Positions 19,288 through 30,015 of a stretch of DNA of 64,000 bases are shown here, piece after piece. The notes under the pieces are model-generated. The model was not told the DNA's origin. It worked only from the letters and a program-made list of their open reading frames with translations, and ran no database searches. Each line of letters opens with the position of its first letter. Position 1 is the stretch's first letter. Made by a program: the position numbers and the translations under genes. The DNA is from a candidate division WOR-3 bacterium (GTDB taxonomy: Bacteria; Hydrothermota; Tepidihabitantia; SM23-42; CAYGYG01), in NCBI GenBank assembly GCA_965648915.1, contig CBFGIV010000003.1, positions 56,905 to 120,904 on the forward strand, read 5' to 3'.

Positions 19288-20223
19288 CTAATCTCTTAAC
19301 CAGACTCTCAGTTGAGTCTGTGCCTTTACCCGCTGGTTCTGATAACGGGCAGGATTAAAACGATACTGACGAACTGAATTTAATATGGCACTGTCCTGTC
19401 GGAGATTACCTGATGACCTGATAAGATTTGCATCGATGACGTTGCCAAATGTATCAATCACAACATTGACTGTGACCTCGCGCCGGAGTTGTCTTAAATC
19501 TTGATCAGCAAGGATCTTTACTTCAACCGAATCGATCAACTGCGGAGCCACATCATAAGTTAAGAGTAATTCTTCGTCATAAGCGGTTTTTGCTTCTGAT
19601 GAATATACAGGAGGGGTAGCAGCGCCGGTCCCGCGCGGAATAAATTCCTCAGCCGGTCTTTTCATTCTTTCAAGTTTATCGGCCAGATTTGGGGTTGCAG
19701 GTCGGACGGCCTTAGTCACCCCGGTCCTGGGTGACACCTCTTTGCCCCTGGTTTCACTCTTTACAACCGGGCTGGCTTTTTCTTTAAGCGTTAACTCATT
19801 TTCGGCCGGAGGAGGCGAGGCCGGAGCCGGCCGGGTCTCTGCCTCTTCAATCTTCCGGGTTGTGATTATCCTGCCCTCTTCACTCCTAAATATTATATAA
19901 AGGCCGATGCTGGCGACAAAGAGTATCACCGCGGCCGAAACAACCTGGGGCCAGAACTGGAAAAAGGGTATTCTCTTTTTATGATTCAACTGTTCCTGGG
20001 CAATCTTCCTTCGAATTCTCAGAGTAAGTTCATCAAGGGATTCAGGCGCAGGTTCGAGAGGTTTAACCAATAGACTCAATTCCTGGATCTTAATCAATCT
20101 TTCGTATTCGCGACGACATTCACCACATTCTCTAAGGTGTTTTTCGATCTTGATCCGATCTTCAGCAGCGAGTTCATTGTCGATATATCTATTGATCAAT
20201 TCATTAATTTTTTTATTATGCAT
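19288..20223 (-). CDS. Zinc-finger (zf-HC2) anti-sigma factor fused to a TonB C-terminal domain
   Basis: YIDNEL...HLRECGEC; one TM helix; Pro-rich linker; C-terminal V.V.IDTFGNV....RSSG...D.A....RQYRFNPA. Confidence 0.85.
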   Translation of the reverse strand: MHNKKINELINRYIDNELAAEDRIKIEKHLRECGECRREYERLIKIQELSLLVKPLEPAPESLDELTLRIRRKIAQEQLNHKKRIPFFQFWPQVVSAAVILFVASIGLYIIFRSEEGRIITTRKIEEAETRPAPASPPPAENELTLKEKASPVVKSETRGKEVSPRTGVTKAVRPATPNLADKLERMKRPAEEFIPRGTGAATPPVYSSEAKTAYDEELLLTYDVAPQLIDSVEVKILADQDLRQLRREVTVNVVIDTFGNVIDANLIRSSGNLRQDSAILNSVRQYRFNPARYQNQRVKAQTQLRVWLRD

Positions 20224-20780
20224 TACTGAATTACTCCTTGAGCAATTAAAATCTCTTTTAATTTTTCCCGGGCCCGGCTCAATCTCGACATAACTGTGCC
20301 GATTGAGATATTTAAAGTCCGGGCAATCTCTTCATAACTGAACTCCTCATAAGTTCTCAGAATAAATACCGCCTTCTGCTCGGATGGTAACTGCTCCAGG
20401 GCGCTCTTTATCTTCTCTTTTAATATTGACTCATTTGCCTTATTTACCGGGTTGGTCGTCTTGTCCACCACCAGTCGGGGTGGGAGACTATCCAGCGACA
20501 CCGATTTTGTTGTCTGTTTCTTTAGATGGTTAATACTTAAGTTCATTGCAATACGGTAGATCCAGGTCGAAAAATGGTATTTCTCATTAAAACTTCCTAT
20601 ACTGTGAAACGCCCGGATAAATGTATCCTGAACCAGATCTTCAGTGTCAGAGACATTATGAACCATACGATAGATTGCAACATAGATACGCCTTTGATAG
20701 GATCTAACAAGTTCTTCAAAAGCCTTGAGATCACCATCTTTAACCTTCCTGACCAGTTCAATCTCTTCTTCGTATTTCAT
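20223..20780 (-). CDS. ECF sigma factor (SigW/RpoE-like)
   Basis: GD..AFEELV, EDLVQDTFIRAF, FSTWIYRIA.N, SYEEIA..L...GTVMSRLSRAR; 1-nt overlap with the anti-sigma gene. Confidence 0.95.
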   Translation of the reverse strand: MKYEEEIELVRKVKDGDLKAFEELVRSYQRRIYVAIYRMVHNVSDTEDLVQDTFIRAFHSIGSFNEKYHFSTWIYRIAMNLSINHLKKQTTKSVSLDSLPPRLVVDKTTNPVNKANESILKEKIKSALEQLPSEQKAVFILRTYEEFSYEEIARTLNISIGTVMSRLSRAREKLKEILIAQGVIQ

Positions 20781-20812
20781 TAATTATACATTTAAAAAGT
20801 GAAAAAATTCCG

Positions 20813-22225
20813 TCAAAAGACGAGTTTTTCGACCTCTTTTAGTGCCTCTTCAAATATTGCCAGGCCCTGATCCGCCTCACTCTTTGTTAAAATTAGTGGT
20901 GGACTAATTCTTAAACAGTTAAACCCTGCACTATAAAGAATCAGCCCTTTCTTAAAACAGGTTCCGGTAAATATCTGAGGCAGCCCTTTACCATCTCTGG
21001 TTAGCGAGCGGGGAAACTTTTCCTTAGTTCTTTTATCCTTAACCAACTCGATACCGATCATAAGGCCAAGTCCCCGCACATCACCAATAATTCTCGATTT
21101 TTCAGCCAGCTCCATCAGCCTCTCTTTCATATATTTACCGACCCTTGCCGCATTATCGACCAGGCCATTCTTGATGAGTTCGATACTTTTGATTCCCGCG
21201 GCACAGGCAACTGGATTGCCACCAAAGGTGCTTCCATGCGAACCTTTTTTCCAGGCACGTTGATCCACCTTTTCGTCCATCATCTCAGCCCGGGCGATGA
21301 CCGCACCCAGGGGTAGGCCTGAAGCAATTGCCTTGGCAATGCAGAGAATATCCGGTTCAACCCCCCAGTGTTCAATCGCAAACATCTTTCCGGTCCGGCC
21401 GAGGCCACACTGAATTTCATCGAGCACATAACAGATTTCGTATTTTTTAGTGATTGCCCGGAGGAGTCTATGAAACTCGGGCGGTGGAACGATATAACCA
21501 CCTTCACCCTGAATTGTCTCAACAAATATTCCGGCAACATCTTCCGGATCGACCAGTTGTTCAAAAATCACCTCAGTGAGAAAGGCGATGCAGGGTAGAA
21601 GCGGGATACCATCAATCGTCTCCTTACGCCGGCAATCCGGGTATTTAAGATTAAATGGACAGCGGTAACAATAAGCAAATGGGATATGAGTAACCTCAGG
21701 GATGAGGGGCGCAAAGTGTGCCTTCTGGACTTTTTTACTTCCGGAGAGTGTCATACCGGCAAAGGTCCGGCCATGAAATGCACCCAGAAAGGCAATCATC
21801 TTCGGTCGACGGGTAAAGTTACGGCTTATCTTAATCGCCGCCTCCAGCGTCTCAACCCCGGAATTGGCAAAATAGACCCGTTTGTCAAAATTCCCGGGTG
21901 TGAGGGGCAGTAATTTTTCAGCCAGTTCAAGCTGGGGTAGATAATAGAAATCGCTCCCCGAGATATGAAGAAGTTTCTCTGCCTGTTCTTTTATTACTTT
22001 AACAACATCAGGATGACAATGGCCGGTACCGCAAACCGCAAACCCCGCACCAAAGTCGATATATTCCCGACCATCGACATCGTGGACAATAACACCTTTT
22101 GCATAATCAACAACCAGTGGGATCTCGGGTGTGCGCGTGTTGGCGCCAAACATAACTTTCTGGTCGCGTTCGATAATCTTCCGGGCATTAGGACCGGGTT
22201 GAGGCGATTGATAGTCAATAGTCAT
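20813..22225 (-). CDS. Class III PLP-dependent aminotransferase (4-aminobutyrate / acetylornithine-like)
   Basis: [33 protein letters not shown] (PLP lysine), HGSTFGGNP. Start ATG 22225 follows AAGGAG; promoter TTGACC-16-TATAAT upstream. Confidence 0.92.
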   Translation of the reverse strand: MTIDYQSPQPGPNARKIIERDQKVMFGANTRTPEIPLVVDYAKGVIVHDVDGREYIDFGAGFAVCGTGHCHPDVVKVIKEQAEKLLHISGSDFYYLPQLELAEKLLPLTPGNFDKRVYFANSGVETLEAAIKISRNFTRRPKMIAFLGAFHGRTFAGMTLSGSKKVQKAHFAPLIPEVTHIPFAYCYRCPFNLKYPDCRRKETIDGIPLLPCIAFLTEVIFEQLVDPEDVAGIFVETIQGEGGYIVPPPEFHRLLRAITKKYEICYVLDEIQCGLGRTGKMFAIEHWGVEPDILCIAKAIASGLPLGAVIARAEMMDEKVDQRAWKKGSHGSTFGGNPVACAAGIKSIELIKNGLVDNAARVGKYMKERLMELAEKSRIIGDVRGLGLMIGIELVKDKRTKEKFPRSLTRDGKGLPQIFTGTCFKKGLILYSAGFNCLRISPPLILTKSEADQGLAIFEEALKEVEKLVF

Positions 22226-22369
22226 ATTCTGTCTCCTTTCAAGATCGATTATAATCATAATTAATCTGCGGTCAAGGACGATCTATTTTATTCGAGAGTG
22301 CTTTATAAAACTTCGCACTGCCTACAAACTCTTGACAATGGTCAGTTAATGGCTATATTTTGATCATAT

Positions 22370-23092
22370 ATGTTTACTTTCTGTATCGCACTATCTCTCT
22401 TTATGAATTATATCAAGCTCCATGGTGATACGGTGATGTTTTATAACCATGACTCAACCCTGATTAAAAAGATTGTCTTAAAGTGTAGCCAGGAGAATAA
22501 GTTTGTAAACGGCAGATCGGTCTCGATCACCACGATTGAGAAGGCCTATCTTTCGGAAAACGGAAAATATCTTATCCTGTTTCATCTCAAGACCAACGAT
22601 TCAGTAATTGAAAGCTGGGTAAGGTTTATTGACCATGAAGGAAAAATTATTATCCAGCGTTCAACATCGGGGAGATATCAGTATGATCCTTACACTTCCT
22701 TAGCTCATAATCTCGGTTTTGCCATCGTTGTTTTGACCGATTTTTATCGCCATAACCCGGTTCTTTTCCTTATAAATAATAAGGGGCAGATAAAAAAGCT
22801 ATCCCGCTCAAAATGGCATGGAATTGCCGGTGTCTCGGCATCAGATAATGGGAAATTTCTGGCATTCAATGTCCGTCGTAAAGAACGGAAATATGTCTGG
22901 GATTGTCTCCTATTTATCGATTTAGAAAAAAGTCAAGAATGGACCTACACCTTTTCCGATTGTCTCTCCTGTGGTCGATCCAGTGGATTAAAATTTAATC
23001 TGAATAACGAAGGGACAACAAGCGTGGTATTTAAGAATGAAACCTATCTCTTCGCCCGGGATGGCCGAATTCTAAGGATCAATTCTTTATGA
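22370..23092 (+). CDS. Hypothetical exported beta-rich protein
   Basis: 240-aa ORF behind TTGACA-16-TATATT (22332-22359); propeller-like S.NGK.L repeats; CLSC motif. Confidence 0.6.
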   Translation: MFTFCIALSLFMNYIKLHGDTVMFYNHDSTLIKKIVLKCSQENKFVNGRSVSITTIEKAYLSENGKYLILFHLKTNDSVIESWVRFIDHEGKIIIQRSTSGRYQYDPYTSLAHNLGFAIVVLTDFYRHNPVLFLINNKGQIKKLSRSKWHGIAGVSASDNGKFLAFNVRRKERKYVWDCLLFIDLEKSQEWTYTFSDCLSCGRSSGLKFNLNNEGTTSVVFKNETYLFARDGRILRINSL

Positions 23093-23101
23093 ACTTTTAT
23101 C

Positions 23102-23266
23102 TTAATACTCGAGCCGTTCGAATTCTTCTTTACTCGCCCCGCATTCCGGGCAACCCCAGGCATCGGGTAATTCCTCCCAGAATGTCCCGGGTTCGATACC
23201 ATTCTCCGGATCACCTTTTTCTATATCATATATATATCCACATACAATACACTGCCATTTTTCCAT
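23102..23266 (-). CDS. Rubredoxin (54 aa)
   Basis: Missing from the ORF track. Manual translation: [54 protein letters not shown], with the two CxxCG knuckles. Confidence 0.97.
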   Translation of the reverse strand: MEKWQCIVCGYIYDIEKGDPENGIEPGTFWEELPDAWGCPECGASKEEFERLEY

Positions 23267-23273
23267 ATAGTTT

Positions 23274-23843
23274 TCAACCGATTACAATATCTTTTGTTGA
23301 TCTAATATTTTTGCGGTCCGTGGTGGCGTAATAGTAATTACCCAGATAAAGAGCCGGCTGGATTCGATCGAGATGGATTATACCATCAGTTGTAAAATTT
23401 TCGTCTTCGGTATGGACCGCAACGATCTCACCAATAAATATGGTGTGATCACCATAGGTCTTGAAATCAAAAAGTGTGCATTCATACGCCGCAAAGGCCA
23501 GACTGATAATCGGGCTGCTGATCTTCAGTGATTTTTCGGTCTTGATATCAAAATACTCGAGTTTATCAAACTCTGCCCCTGATGTGTGACCCAACTTGTG
23601 GATAATCTCGATGCTGGCAAAGGTTAAAAAATTGAGAGAAAAATTCCTAACCTCAGTTATGATCTTATGCGTATACCGTTTGGGTGAAATTGAAACTGCA
23701 TACAGAGGTGGTTTAAAGGAAACCGGCATATGCCAGGCCGCGGGCATGGCATTTATCTTTTCCTTACCTTTGGCCAGGACAACCGCAATTGAGGCAGGGT
23801 ATGAAGGAGCAAAATTTTCAATCTTTTCTCTGATCGTCTTCAT
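23274..23843 (-). CDS. Flavin reductase family protein (flavoredoxin-like)
   Basis: NAMPAAW..PVS..PP, GHTSG...DK, YECT.......[10 protein letters not shown]. Confidence 0.9.
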   Translation of the reverse strand: MKTIREKIENFAPSYPASIAVVLAKGKEKINAMPAAWHMPVSFKPPLYAVSISPKRYTHKIITEVRNFSLNFLTFASIEIIHKLGHTSGAEFDKLEYFDIKTEKSLKISSPIISLAFAAYECTLFDFKTYGDHTIFIGEIVAVHTEDENFTTDGIIHLDRIQPALYLGNYYYATTDRKNIRSTKDIVIG

Positions 23844-23871
23844 CGTCTGTTATCTACAATCCTGCCTCTTT

Positions 23872-24474
23872 TTAATATCTCGTTACAAATATCGCATCAT
23901 CGGGATCTAACAGGTCTTTGATCCGGTCGATCCGGACCCTGTCATTCGGTTTGGCATAAAGACATTTTCCCTTACCGGCGTAGATCCCCACCAACCAGGG
24001 CCAGAATTCAATCTTATTAATAACCGCAAAGGATTCCTGGTCTGAGCCAATCTGAAAAGGGACGAGGAGGTAGACAATATCACCCCTTTTCAGCCTTTTA
24101 TAATCAATATCTTTTTTCAAAACTGGTGCCAGCCCATCGACCGGTCGACCGAGTTTTTCACTCTCGACCAGGACCCTGGGCCAGGTTGGCAGGTTTTTCC
24201 AGTCTTTCTGGGTCACATCACGATAGGCAAGAAAGATTAACCCCATACAATCAACGCCGTCTTCTGATCTCCCATTATCCCTGTACCTTACACCATAATA
24301 CTTCGATGCCGCTTTCAAAAGTCTTTCACCGAAAGGCTGATCTTTTGATTTATCTGCCGGGGAAGAATCAATTTTCGTGCTCTGCGCCTGGATCGAAAAT
24401 ACCAGGAAAAAAACCAATAAAAAAGAGAGTCTAAAAGATATCTTCATAATATCAACCGACTGAAATACCCTCAC
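23872..24474 (-). CDS. NlpC/P60-family protein with apparently substituted catalytic His
   Basis: A..YYGVRY...GRS.DGVDCMGL, LKRGDIVY, and WLVGIYAGKGKCLYA where HVGIY.G....IHA is expected. Confidence 0.8.
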   Translation of the reverse strand: MRVFQSVDIMKISFRLSFLLVFFLVFSIQAQSTKIDSSPADKSKDQPFGERLLKAASKYYGVRYRDNGRSEDGVDCMGLIFLAYRDVTQKDWKNLPTWPRVLVESEKLGRPVDGLAPVLKKDIDYKRLKRGDIVYLLVPFQIGSDQESFAVINKIEFWPWLVGIYAGKGKCLYAKPNDRVRIDRIKDLLDPDDAIFVTRY

Positions 24475-26393
24475 TTTTTATGTTCGGCCCACCAGTTATG
24501 AGTTCCAAAATCTTCAATGTTTTGAGTCCCTTCAATCCGTTCCCAATCAGCCGAGATCTTCCCTTTCATCGAAATCTTCTTCTTCGTGTTTGTCCAGTAA
24601 AAGACATTTAAGTATCGACAATTGATACTCCCTTCAGCAACAAATTCATCTTTGACTACCGTTCCTTTGATCTCGCCGGTATAAATGAGGCCATCTGATG
24701 GGCGATGATAGTATTTTATCTTAAGGCGGCTCCCCTCCTGCCTGATGGTCATATTGAATGAAGCCTCGTAGCCTGAAGCATCCTGGCCAATTTCGCCCTG
24801 CCAGGTACCACCTAGGTCTTCTAAGTGGATCTTCCCTAAGTCAAGGATACTATTTTTGGTAATATTGACGAACCGGGTATAGGTTAAATATCCATCTTTT
24901 CTGATTTCAAGCCGGTAGTTTGATACGGGAATATTATCGGCGACAAAAGGGGTATGTCCGATAAACTTCTGATCAAGATAGACATCAGCACTCTCGGGTT
25001 CAGAGACTACTTTGAGTCCACCGTATGCCGGCACCAGGTTTACACGGACAAATCCATTTTTAGCAAAACCGACATAGACATCTTCCTGCCATCTTTCATA
25101 ACCATCTTTTTCAATTTCAATCGTGTGACGACCGATTAAAACCGAAGGGGTCGAAATAAAACCGGATTTACCCTGATGGGGAGTTATATGCTTACCATCA
25201 AGAAGAACCTTAAGGTTTCCTCCCGGTGTAACCTGAATGAGAATCTTATTGTGGGATAGGATCCATAAAAAAGCGACGACAACAATCAAACTCGCTATAC
25301 CAGCCGCAATGGTCAATGCTTTTTTTAGACTCTTTCGACTTGAGAGATAAATCTCTTTCCTGGTCTTTTCAAGCAGTTGCTGATATTCAACCGAGTCGAT
25401 ATCGTAACTGACCGCAGTCTCAAGATAGTTTATGCCTTTTTTTATCTTGTTCTCTTGTAGTGCATATTCTCCAAGTTTAAAGAAAAGAGCAGCGAGTCTC
25501 TTCTGGTCGCTCCGGTCCATCTGTTGACTAGTAGCCCGGTCAATCTGATTAACAAAGTCTTCAGCAATCGGTCGATTACCCTGGGCAAAATAAGTAAGTG
25601 CCAGATATGTCTTGATAAGCGTCTCCATTGCCGGGCCGATGTTTTCAAACTTAAAGGCATTGGTAAAATATTCAACTGCCCGATCATACTGGCGATTATC
25701 GTAATAATATTTTCCGATCTGAAAATCGATAAGGATATCCCGGATATGGAGATTGACCAATTTTTCATAGTAGTTTATGACTTTTACTATATTATTATTC
25801 TCCAGGTGGTAATAGACAAGGTCTTTTATATTCTGGACATTGTCCGGAGTAAGCCTTTCCAGAGCCTCGAGTTCGGTCAAGACCTTCGCTTTATCCCCTT
25901 TCTGAAGGTAAAGATTTTTCAAAAGGATATGAAACTCAACATTGTTGGGTAAGATCTGAAGTATCTTTTCTCCCAGAACGATCGCCTCATCGGTTTTATT
26001 CTGAAGATAGTAAACGCGAAACAGTCCGATCAGCATTTCCGTCGATTTCGGGTTGAGGTGGAGTGCAGAACGAAAACTAATTTCGGCCTCGTTTAACTCC
26101 TTCAACTCAAGATAGAGATTAGCCCTCTTTGCATAGGCTTCAAAATTAGTGCTGTCGCGCTCAACTACCGCCTTATAGGTATTTAACGCCTCTTTAATAA
26201 AACCGTATTTGTGATAGAGATCACCAAGGTCAAGCAAGTTTTTCACGTTGGTGGGTTCTTTTTCGACCATCTTACGCAGGAGATTGATATGGGCAATGAC
26301 TTCCGGTTCAAGATGGACTAATATTGTGCCACAGGCATTGCAGATCTTATCCTGGGCATCGACCGGTGCACTGCATTCAGGGCATTTATCCAT
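24471..26393 (-). CDS. Zinc-ribbon + TPR + TM + PEGA-domain protein
   Basis: N-terminal CPEC..CNACG; multiple TPRs; TM helix near residues 360-380; PEGA repeats (G.LKV.SEP..A.VYLD...G.TP...KDGY). Confidence 0.85.
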   Translation of the reverse strand: MDKCPECSAPVDAQDKICNACGTILVHLEPEVIAHINLLRKMVEKEPTNVKNLLDLGDLYHKYGFIKEALNTYKAVVERDSTNFEAYAKRANLYLELKELNEAEISFRSALHLNPKSTEMLIGLFRVYYLQNKTDEAIVLGEKILQILPNNVEFHILLKNLYLQKGDKAKVLTELEALERLTPDNVQNIKDLVYYHLENNNIVKVINYYEKLVNLHIRDILIDFQIGKYYYDNRQYDRAVEYFTNAFKFENIGPAMETLIKTYLALTYFAQGNRPIAEDFVNQIDRATSQQMDRSDQKRLAALFFKLGEYALQENKIKKGINYLETAVSYDIDSVEYQQLLEKTRKEIYLSSRKSLKKALTIAAGIASLIVVVAFLWILSHNKILIQVTPGGNLKVLLDGKHITPHQGKSGFISTPSVLIGRHTIEIEKDGYERWQEDVYVGFAKNGFVRVNLVPAYGGLKVVSEPESADVYLDQKFIGHTPFVADNIPVSNYRLEIRKDGYLTYTRFVNITKNSILDLGKIHLEDLGGTWQGEIGQDASGYEASFNMTIRQEGSRLKIKYYHRPSDGLIYTGEIKGTVVKDEFVAEGSINCRYLNVFYWTNTKKKISMKGKISADWERIEGTQNIEDFGTHNWWAEHKK

Positions 26394-26517
26394 AAGTGAT
26401 TATTATCTTAATTAAAAAAACACTAATGTCAAGAAATGATTGTGATAAAAATAGACCCCTGTGACCTATCCCTATCTCTTCCTTGACTTTTCAATTTATT
26501 TTGTTATTATAAAACTT

Positions 26518-27993
26518 ATGGCCGCTCTCTTCTCATTACTCATCTTCTTCAATATAAAGGTCTTTCATACTGACTCATCCCTCCTTTTTTTTAAGCCGGG
26601 ACTTGATGAATATGAAGAAGCAGTATTCGGTGAGAAAATAACAGGACTTGCCCAGGGCAAGGATCTCTACCTCCTGACCGAGCATTACCTCTACAAGATC
26701 GATCCGGAAAAGAGATTGATCAAACAGAAGAATTATCTACCATTTCGCTTAAACAGTATAACACTTCAGACTGACCGAAATGGAGATGATTCGCTCCTCA
26801 TTATTCTTTCTATCGATGAGATAATTTTAATCGACCCCGTTTATCTCTCTTATGCAGGCGGTATCGGTATCCCCCCGGGTGATCGGGAGATAATATCGAC
26901 TCTTATTCCGGGGTTGATTTATCTAATTGTGAAAGGGCTAAAAAGTTCGCTGATTGAAATTTATGATTTAAAAAATGGCCAACGCCGGCAGGGGATAAGA
27001 GTCGATCTGATCCGACAAACCCTCTTTAATCCTGCAACCGGACATCTCTACCTTTTTGCAATCAATGGTGACATAAGAAGATTAACACTTAATTTGAGAG
27101 ATAACAAGAAACTGCTTAACCTCCAGCCACCAATATTAAATGCTTTTATCCTCGATTCAGATCTGGTGGTTGTCACCACGGCCGGGATATATCTGATTGA
27201 AATAAAATCAGGACGGGTGCTTGATCATCGACCGATGAAAATCGATGGAGCAGAGTTGATCGACTCGGTCTATCTCCTGACTTATGCCCATAACCAAGAT
27301 GGTAATCTCTCCTCTTCGCTATCGCTATTGAATCTTGTTACAATGACACCGATTAAATATATCTCATTAACTGAATCAATTGAAAAATCTCTTCCCCTCG
27401 ATTCCAACACACTTCTCATAAAGACAGCGGAAAGTTACTCCCTCATCAATCTTATTAATGGAGAAATACAAAAACTGAAATGTAATCCAATCATCTTGAG
27501 TCCTGGGTTTGAAACCACCCGGATCGCCCAGGATTCCTGTTATTATATCCAGGTGGGGGCCTTCTCTCAAATCAGCAAAGCCCGGGCCGTTATTGAATCA
27601 TTGCTTAAATACAGAATACCGGCATTCTGTGATTCGAGTTCAAGATTCTTTCGCATTCGAGTTGGGGGATTTATCAACCGGGAAGAGGCCGAGCTATTTA
27701 ACACCGTGTTCGGTGCCAAAAACTGGCTTGTCTTTACGGCAAAAGACCAATCCCGAGTTCTACCGGCCAGCAGTCTCTGTGCCTTTAATGGCCAAAATAC
27801 CCTTTTCGTATTCAGGTATGATTCAGGCACTTTAAGATTAATCCATAAAATTGAAAATTTCATAAAAGACTATCAAGGGAACCCGGTCATCAAAGATTCG
27901 ACCATTGAGATCAGAAGGAATGATGGCCGGAAAAGTATCTTCTATTTCAAAACAGGAGGAATTTATGAAGAGATCAGAGATATTCAAGACTGA
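26518..27993 (+). CDS. Exported beta-propeller-like protein with SPOR peptidoglycan-binding domain
   Basis: YYIQVGAFS...A.......L.......FRIRVG.F..REEA. ATG 26518 lies 7 nt after TTGACT-16-TATTAT and begins a signal peptide. Confidence 0.75.
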   Translation: MAALFSLLIFFNIKVFHTDSSLLFFKPGLDEYEEAVFGEKITGLAQGKDLYLLTEHYLYKIDPEKRLIKQKNYLPFRLNSITLQTDRNGDDSLLIILSIDEIILIDPVYLSYAGGIGIPPGDREIISTLIPGLIYLIVKGLKSSLIEIYDLKNGQRRQGIRVDLIRQTLFNPATGHLYLFAINGDIRRLTLNLRDNKKLLNLQPPILNAFILDSDLVVVTTAGIYLIEIKSGRVLDHRPMKIDGAELIDSVYLLTYAHNQDGNLSSSLSLLNLVTMTPIKYISLTESIEKSLPLDSNTLLIKTAESYSLINLINGEIQKLKCNPIILSPGFETTRIAQDSCYYIQVGAFSQISKARAVIESLLKYRIPAFCDSSSRFFRIRVGGFINREEAELFNTVFGAKNWLVFTAKDQSRVLPASSLCAFNGQNTLFVFRYDSGTLRLIHKIENFIKDYQGNPVIKDSTIEIRRNDGRKSIFYFKTGGIYEEIRDIQD

Positions 27994-28354
27994 TAAGGCA
28001 CCGGCGGCGATTGGGCCTTATTCTCAGGCGGTTGGTTTTGGCCAATTCATCTTTACTGCCGGGCAGATCGGCCTTGATCCGAAAACTGGCACACTGGTCC
28101 AGGGTGGCATCGAAAATCAGACTCGACAGGTTCTTGAAAATATTAAGGCTGTTATTGAAGGAGCGGGCAGTTCCCTCGAAAAAGTCCTCAAGACGACAAT
28201 CTACTTAAAAAACCTCGATGATTTTGCAAAGGTAAATGAAATATATGCGCGCTATTTCTCGAAAGAACCTCCGGCCCGGAGCACCGTCGAGGTTGCCAAT
28301 CTTCCAAAGGGTGCCTTGATTGAGATTGAAGCAATTGCCTACAAGGAGGAATAG
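27965..28354 (+). CDS. ridA: RidA-family enamine/imine deaminase
   Basis: [40 protein letters not shown] 27965 after AGGAGG. Confidence 0.95.
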   Translation: MKRSEIFKTDKAPAAIGPYSQAVGFGQFIFTAGQIGLDPKTGTLVQGGIENQTRQVLENIKAVIEGAGSSLEKVLKTTIYLKNLDDFAKVNEIYARYFSKEPPARSTVEVANLPKGALIEIEAIAYKEE

Positions 28355-28356
28355 AG

Positions 28357-28797
28357 ATGTGTATCAGAAAGAGTTTATTATTATTTCTTCTCTTAATTAC
28401 TGGTTGTTCATTCCTGAAAGAGCGAATTGCTATAAAAGAGTGTACCTTCAAACTAAAACAGGTCCGACCATATGACTTTACTCTAACCGATTTGAAACTC
28501 GACCTGACCGTAAATATCCAGAATCCAAACAAAATCGATGCCGTCCTTGACCGTCTCGACTATTCGTTATCAATTGCGGGGGAAAATGTATTTACCGGCG
28601 TTATGGGGCAAAGACAGCGGATCCCGGCGGGTAAATCAAAGGATATTCTGACAACCGTGGTCTTGAATTATCAGTCGGTCTCTATGGCCATTATTAAAGC
28701 AATAAAAGAGGGCAATCCGACCTATTCAATTAACGGTCGCGCCTACATCGATACACCAGGGGGAAGTATAAATTATCCGGTAAATATAAGTCTATAA
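28357..28797 (+). CDS. LEA_2 / WHy-domain lipoprotein
   Basis: Lipobox LITGC; V.IQNPN.....L..LDY.L. Confidence 0.8.
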   Translation: MCIRKSLLLFLLLITGCSFLKERIAIKECTFKLKQVRPYDFTLTDLKLDLTVNIQNPNKIDAVLDRLDYSLSIAGENVFTGVMGQRQRIPAGKSKDILTTVVLNYQSVSMAIIKAIKEGNPTYSINGRAYIDTPGGSINYPVNISL

Positions 28798-28835
28798 ATA
28801 AGATTCGGCGCAGTGATTTAAGATTGGAGTAAAAA

Positions 28836-29909
28836 ATGTCATATAATATCTTGGTTATCAACCCGGGTGCGGGTTCGACGAGGGTCGCATTATTTGAGGA
28901 TGAGCGATCGCTTTTTGAAGAGAATATCCGGCACACACCAGAAGAGCTGGCAAAATTTAAATCGGTGATCGATCAGTATAAATTTCGAAAAGAGATTGTA
29001 ATCAAGGTATTAAAGGAAAAAGGTATTGACCTGAAGACCGTTAGCGCAGTGGTTGGCCGTGGCGGACCCTTCAAGCCGTTGAAGAGCGGAGCCTATTTAG
29101 TCAACGATAAACTAATCGAAGATATAAAAAATGGGAATTATCAGAGTGAGCATCCTTCACTCTTGGGGGTATTAATTGCCCGAGAGATTGCGAATTCGAT
29201 CGGTTGTTCCGCCTATTTTGTCGATCCAGTTTCAGTCGATGAGTTCTGGCCCCTGGCAAGATATTCCGGACTGAAAGAGATAAAACGTAAAGCCCTGAGC
29301 CATGCCCTTAATGTCCGGATGGTAGCCAAAAAGGCTGCCAAGGAATTGAAGAAACCGTATGATGATTGCAATTTTGTCATCATTCATCTCGGCACCGGTA
29401 TCACCGTCGCCACTCACTTAAAGGGTCAGCAGGTCGATTCGACCAATGCCAATGAAGACGGCCCATTCTCGCCTCAGCGGACCGGTGCCCTGCCCACCAT
29501 ACCACTGGTTGAGATGTGCTTCAGCGGAAAATATAAAGAGGAAGATGTTAAGAAAAAGATCTGGCGACAGGGCGGGCTCCTCTCCTATCTCGGCACCGAT
29601 GATATAAAAGAGGTGGAAAAGAGGATCGATCAGGGCGACCAGGAGGCGAAAGAGGTTTATGAAGCGATGGCTTATCAGATTGCCAAAGAGGCCGGTGCCT
29701 ATGCAGTAGTCTTAAAAGGCAGGATCGACGCAATAATTATTACGGGTGGAATAGCATATTCAAAAATCTTCGTCGATCTCCTGAAGTCCTGGATCGAATT
29801 CTTATGTCCGAGGATATTGGTCTATCCGGGTGAAGGCGAAATGGAAGGCCTTGCTCTCGGCGTGCTCAGAGTATTTACTGGTGAAGAGCCGGTTAAAGAA
29901 TACCGATAA
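28836..29909 (+). CDS. buk: Butyrate (branched-chain fatty acid) kinase
   Basis: ILVINPG..STR, GRGG, VDPVSVDE, HALN, HLGTGI, GPFSPQRTG, YPGEGEM. Confidence 0.95.
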   Translation: MSYNILVINPGAGSTRVALFEDERSLFEENIRHTPEELAKFKSVIDQYKFRKEIVIKVLKEKGIDLKTVSAVVGRGGPFKPLKSGAYLVNDKLIEDIKNGNYQSEHPSLLGVLIAREIANSIGCSAYFVDPVSVDEFWPLARYSGLKEIKRKALSHALNVRMVAKKAAKELKKPYDDCNFVIIHLGTGITVATHLKGQQVDSTNANEDGPFSPQRTGALPTIPLVEMCFSGKYKEEDVKKKIWRQGGLLSYLGTDDIKEVEKRIDQGDQEAKEVYEAMAYQIAKEAGAYAVVLKGRIDAIIITGGIAYSKIFVDLLKSWIEFLCPRILVYPGEGEMEGLALGVLRVFTGEEPVKEYR

Positions 29910-30015
29910 AGCAATCAGCTGAAAAACGGTTCTTAGCAGTCTCATCTTCTTCTCGGATCACTTTCACTTCATTCTTGACTTTGACTTAAAAGATGTATAT
30001 TATATAAAACTTAAT

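Noticed and set aside
23180..23205. GGTTCGATACC resembling a tRNA T-loop
   Set aside because: No cloverleaf can be built around it; it is the antisense of rubredoxin codons.
26461..26517. GTG-started extension of the SPOR protein
   Set aside because: It spans the promoter (TTGACT-16-TATTAT); ATG 26518 is the likely start.
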